NCBI GenBank assembly: GCA_963924565.1
Contig: OZ004613.1
Location: 6,696,001 to 6,760,000 of the forward strand
Source: Ascidiella aspersa
Lineage: Eukaryota
Direction: 5' to 3'
Length of the DNA stretch: 64,000 nucleotides
The notes beneath the pieces are model-generated. The model saw only the letters and a list, made by a program, of their open reading frames with translations. It ran no database searches and was not told the DNA's origin. Shown here in pieces: positions 59,501 to 64,000 of the stretch; position 1 is the stretch's first letter, and the number at the start of each line of letters is the position of its first letter. Position numbers and translations under genes: made by a program.

Positions 59501-61435
59501 AATAAGCTATAAGCAAGTATTTTGTGGTATTGTGTGTTGACCATCTTTTTTAATACATCAAAATAGCATTTTTGATGATGAAGTCGCCTACAACAGTTAC
59601 CGTACCATCGACACATCTCGTCTTTCTAAAGTTTTTTTAACGCCTATTACTTGCAATTGTTAACAAAACTGATAAAATATTGATGAGATGTTTGATAATT
59701 GTTTTGACACAATTTCAATAAAATAAGTCGCAACTTGACAGAGCAAAATAAGATAAAAGTGGTTGCTTAACGGAATGAACATATTAACAATGGCAACTTA
59801 TTTGGTTTAATAAAGTAAAATAGATTGTTTGTGTACGCATGAACGGTGGCAATGTTAGCACATAGGAAAAACTGACAGTGAATGTTTCCGACAAGAAAAT
59901 CACTTTACCAAGGTACCAAAAGCAGTTCTGTTTACCGACAACTTTAAAAAACAAAAAACAGAAGTTAAAAAAACTAAGGTTATGACGAACAACACAACGC
60001 TTAACGTAGGCAGATTCCCGAAAACAAAAAAAAAACAAAAAACTTCTGCATGTGTTAACAACTTAAAGGCGAAGGGTAAGATGCCAAAGGCTTCACAAGA
60101 CAACAAGACATCGCGCCTTTTTTTGCGAGAATGTGTAAACAACTTAAAATAATCAAACAGAAGTTTATAAATGAAACGGTACGATGAAACAACAACCCAA
60201 CGCTTAACATAACTGTAAAAAATGAAAAACAAAAACATCTATAGGTAAGGTGGAAGGCAAAGGCTGACAAAACAACAAACATCGCGGCCCTTGCTTTTTT
60301 GAGATTGTGTATGGTCACGTGACGTTAACTTGATATTTGGATCACGTGTTGTCCTTGTTGACTCGCGTCGCCGGGTTTTCCCTGTTTTCGCGCAAAGCAG
60401 AATCGACGTAATTCAAAGCGAAGCCCGCTACACAATATTTATCCGGTTGCCATAGGCGTAAGCTAACACGGCCACCTCTACTGTGTCCTCGTGCCCCAAC
60501 CTTAAAAACACTTGCCACAGTTCTGCCCCAACTGCGGCTGTAAGTTTAAACTAAGGTTGTCCAGTATTTGATATTTTAATCTGATAGCGATAGCAGATAG
60601 TTAAGACCAAAAGAATCGCGATCCAATGCGATACCAGCGACGTCGTTACAATGCCCAAACAAATACAAATAAAATATCGGCTCCGATCCGGTATTATTGG
60701 ATATACCTACTTTAGACCTGGGAATTTATTTTATTTTTTTCCTGAGCAAGATGCCCATTCAAACAACTTAAAAATAATATTCTTATACAGGTTTATAGGT
60801 CTATACGTTTAAAATGCGAAAAGTAAACCTGTTTAACTTGGCTTAAATTAAAGCAAAATGAGATCTTTAGACGCAGTGGGATAGTTAACAAACACATAGT
60901 AAGCTACCTAAAAGGGTGTATAGAGAATCCAAAACCGTGTTGGGGTTTGTCATACTGACTAACTTTGATTTGACCGTACGAGGAAACATCAAATCTATTT
61001 TGTTCGTTTCTAAGCGACTGATATTCAAAATAGCCAGGTAGGCCTTTTTTCATTTCAGTCATTAGCGCGGAAATGTATTTCACAGTGTGACCAAATACAT
61101 GGTATTGGTAGACCCTGTTTTTTTTACATTTGAGTAACCCCAAATGTACCTTGGCCCATCCCTTGGTTCGCCAAAGTTACATTGTAACCATTGTTGTACA
61201 TACCAAGTGCTGGATTCGGCATTTTACACGATAGATAAGATGACCCGTTTATGAGTTTTAGTTTCATTGAAACTGTATATGAAGTGAGAGTACATCTTTT
61301 TTTAAAGGGTGCCTTCCTTTATACTTTAAAGTCTTACCTATAAGTTGCCGTCTCTCGGCCTACGACAGGGCAAACCATCCCTTGCCTTTGAAAATTTGCA
61401 AGGGTATAACACAGGAACGCATGGCGGGAATCTAT

Positions 61436-62599
61436 TTAGGAAATCCCGCAGGCGAACATTACAGCAAGCAGCACAAGGGATAAGCAGGCCTTCAAACTAA
61501 GACCGCCTGAAGTGGTTGTCGCATTTGAGCTTACAGAAGACACGTTCGTTACAGACGGTTTGGGCGTTACGGTTGCTGATGTTGACGATGTTATTGTTGT
61601 GGATGGTTCTGTTGCTGTAGTGGTGGTGCTAGTTGTTGTTGTTGTTATTGTTGTTGTTGTTGTTGTTGTAGTTGTTGCTGATGTTGTTGTCGGATCGCTG
61701 CAACTTCTGATTGATTCAAACCAGTCCTGACCACAGTCGCCTACATCCACTGCTGGAAGGTTGCAAAGCGCAGTGTTGCACGAACATATTACTTGCCTGC
61801 AAGCAAAACAATTGCATAATCGAGACAGTACGGCCGCAAAGGCACCTGATTACTATCATTAGTAAATATATCATAGCCCATACAGAATATATCATAGCCC
61901 ATACACAAATGCAGAATTTTAAAAATGAATGAAGATATATTTGAAACGGTCAAAATGCTATACATACACTTCTGTATATGATTTGATATTCCTACAACGC
62001 CTATCAACCTCCAAGCACCATATACCACCATATATATATTAAATACCAGTGGCTTTTTACAAAAAAACTACGTCAGTGTTTTGATAAGGTTAAAGTTATA
62101 AACAAATGGTACTTGATTTAACTGTGACATTCAATCTCCGTTAAAAACTGCGTTGTTGTTTATCTCTACTTTGTTTTAATTTACTAAACTTACGAAACGT
62201 AATTTTTTACTAAACTTACGAAACGTGAGTTGTAGGAGCAGAAACACAGTAGTAGTAGAATCTAATTTGAGTTGGGTCGGTTATTTCTAAAAAAAGTAGT
62301 AGTTGCATTTAATTCGTTTATATAAAGTTAAAAAAAATATTATAATTTTTGCCTATATGTTGCAAAGCGTTTAACTTCTTTGCTTAAGTGTTAAAAAATC
62401 ACTAAAAGAAATCACCTCTGTGTATTGTGTCAAACCCATTCAGAAAACCCGGTAATTTACCCAGACAATAATAAACTTGCCAAGGGGGCAGGGCTGCGGA
62501 GTCGGTTAAAATAAACCCGAGTCCGACTCCGGCCAAAAAAATAAACCCGAGTCCGAGTCCCGACTCCCGAGTCCGACTCCGGCCAAATGTCGAACTATA

Positions 62600-62630
<31 letters not shown>

Positions 62631-64000
62631 ATTTAATTGGATAACAGGCTAGCAACAGGACACTCAAACTTTTTCGCGCGAATCGATAATGTTTTTGCAA
62701 TATTGCTGCTGTTGTTGTGTGTTATCACATCTTTTGAAACACGATAACGCAAAATTTTATTTTTGCGCTTTTTTTATTTTTTTTTATTTTTTTTTTATTT
62801 ATTAATTTATTTTTTTTTTATTTGCGCTGACATCGCAGCATTACATCTCGTGCACGAGCAGTTTATTATGTGTCCAATGCTAAAATCCTTCTGAATTTAC
62901 AGTTTAGCGCCAATTAAACCCATTTTTTTTTCGCGTTTTCGCGACCGATGACAAACTTCACTATTTTTAGTTGTCTCAGTGATATTTAATTAAAAATGCC
63001 GAAGTGCTTTACGTAGAGAGGGGGGACGCAAGGCATGGGAAAATTACCAAGGGGGACACGGCTGAAAAAAATAAAAAATAAAATAAAAAGCAAAATATAA
63101 GCTATACATTATAAAGCTAAATAGGAAAACTCTGTTTACTGATGAGCTACGCCAGAAGTATCCGCGTTTCAGAAAAGGACGTGTTAATTTCGAAGCTGAA
63201 TGCAATACTTAGATATAGTACGTTTTTCTCAAACGTAACAATTCTACTTTCGTTTTACCTGCAGGCAAGAAAATGTCCTCTTTTAAGGTGCTGAAAATAT
63301 GGTAGCCCTACTCTACAGCCTGTATTTCTTACTCAACTAAATTAAGGTGGATTTTTTTGCAATCCACTCATATTGGTGTCATAATTAATCCACCCGCATT
63401 ACATGGTTGAAAAATATTTCACATTTGCTATTACACTTTTACAACTTACATTTTGCCGCCTTAACTGTTTTAAAATTTGATACTGCGCATGCGCACCTCG
63501 GACTCGGGACTCGGGTAGGTTTACGCGGTCTTACTCGAGTCCCGAGTCCGACTCCGGCAAAACAAACCGACTCCGTCGAGTCCAGAGTCCGACTCCGACT
63601 CCGCAGCCCTGTAAGGGGGTCATTAAACTTTTGGATTTCGCGAACCAGATAAACAATTTTGCATTCACCTTATTTACAAAATTATTATAAAACTATAACA
63701 AAATATAAAAGTAATATTTACCTAATTTTATACAGAGCTAGGTGCTTTATGAAATGGTCGTTTACTTTAAAATGTAGCTTAAATTTGCGTGTATTTGGGT
63801 GATCCTTGCAATAAAAGACTGCAGATTTCAGAAAATGCTTACCCCAGCTTTCACAACTATTGTCCGGTGAACATGTGGTCGTTGAAAGCTCGCACGTATT
63901 CCTGTAGTACCTCGTCACACCAGTTGTTTGATTTGTAACAGGTTGAACGGCTATCGTACCATTGTAACACTCCAGCGTCAGAGTACATTGGATGTAGAAC
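61436..64000 (-). CDS. Probable GPI-anchored Ly6/uPAR-like mucin-stalk protein (LU-B), paralog of LU-A, 5'-partial
   Basis: Exons >64000-63843 (..TLECYNG..TC..TC...SCESW, G|GTAAGC), 62286-62220 (tttttttag| ... TC|GTAAGT) and 61796-61436 (gcttgcag|; CSCNTALCN, poly-Thr stalk, hydrophobic tail). Same intron phases as LU-A. Confidence 0.85.
62489..63611. mobile_element. Non-autonomous TIR element (1123 bp) in an LU-B intron
   Basis: Perfect 17-bp TIR cagggctgcggagtcgg; 8-bp TSD caaggggg / taaggggg; related to 6513-6914. Confidence 0.9.

Overview
This is AT-rich eukaryotic (invertebrate animal) genomic DNA, not prokaryotic: it has GT-AG spliced genes, hAT MITEs with 8-bp TSDs and Helitrons. A tunicate origin is plausible but cannot be shown from the sequence. 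Positions ~700-51,830 hold a birth-and-death array of 18 recognisable loci of one intronless classical short-chain dehydrogenase/reductase (HSD17B8/FabG-like). Ten are full-length ORFs, one has an in-frame 40-aa deletion, two are frameshifted pseudogenes and five are 5' fragments. The array looks like a recombination-driven enzyme diversification system. Short islands are invariant at DNA level, including synonymous sites, and alternate with hypervariable substrate loops. Copies carry either an NAD-type (Asp40) or an NADP-type (Gly40-Arg41) cofactor signature. Two Lepore-type hybrid genes join one parent's cofactor module to the other parent's substrate pocket, and one gene carries a 63-nt insertion copied from a paralog 11 kb away. 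The spacers between the hybrids contain 1, 3 and 2 copies of a 1.19-kb unit built from orphan promoter and gene-start sequence. A decayed Buster/Charlie-type hAT transposon interrupts one SDR copy, and many MITEs and two or three Helitrons are interspersed. The right end holds a 36-bp minisatellite and two paralogous 3-exon genes, missed by the ORF track, that encode probable GPI-anchored Ly6/uPAR-like proteins with a non-canonical cysteine pattern and a mucin stalk; the second gene runs off the window. All calls come from reading and comparing the sequence by eye; no database searches were run.
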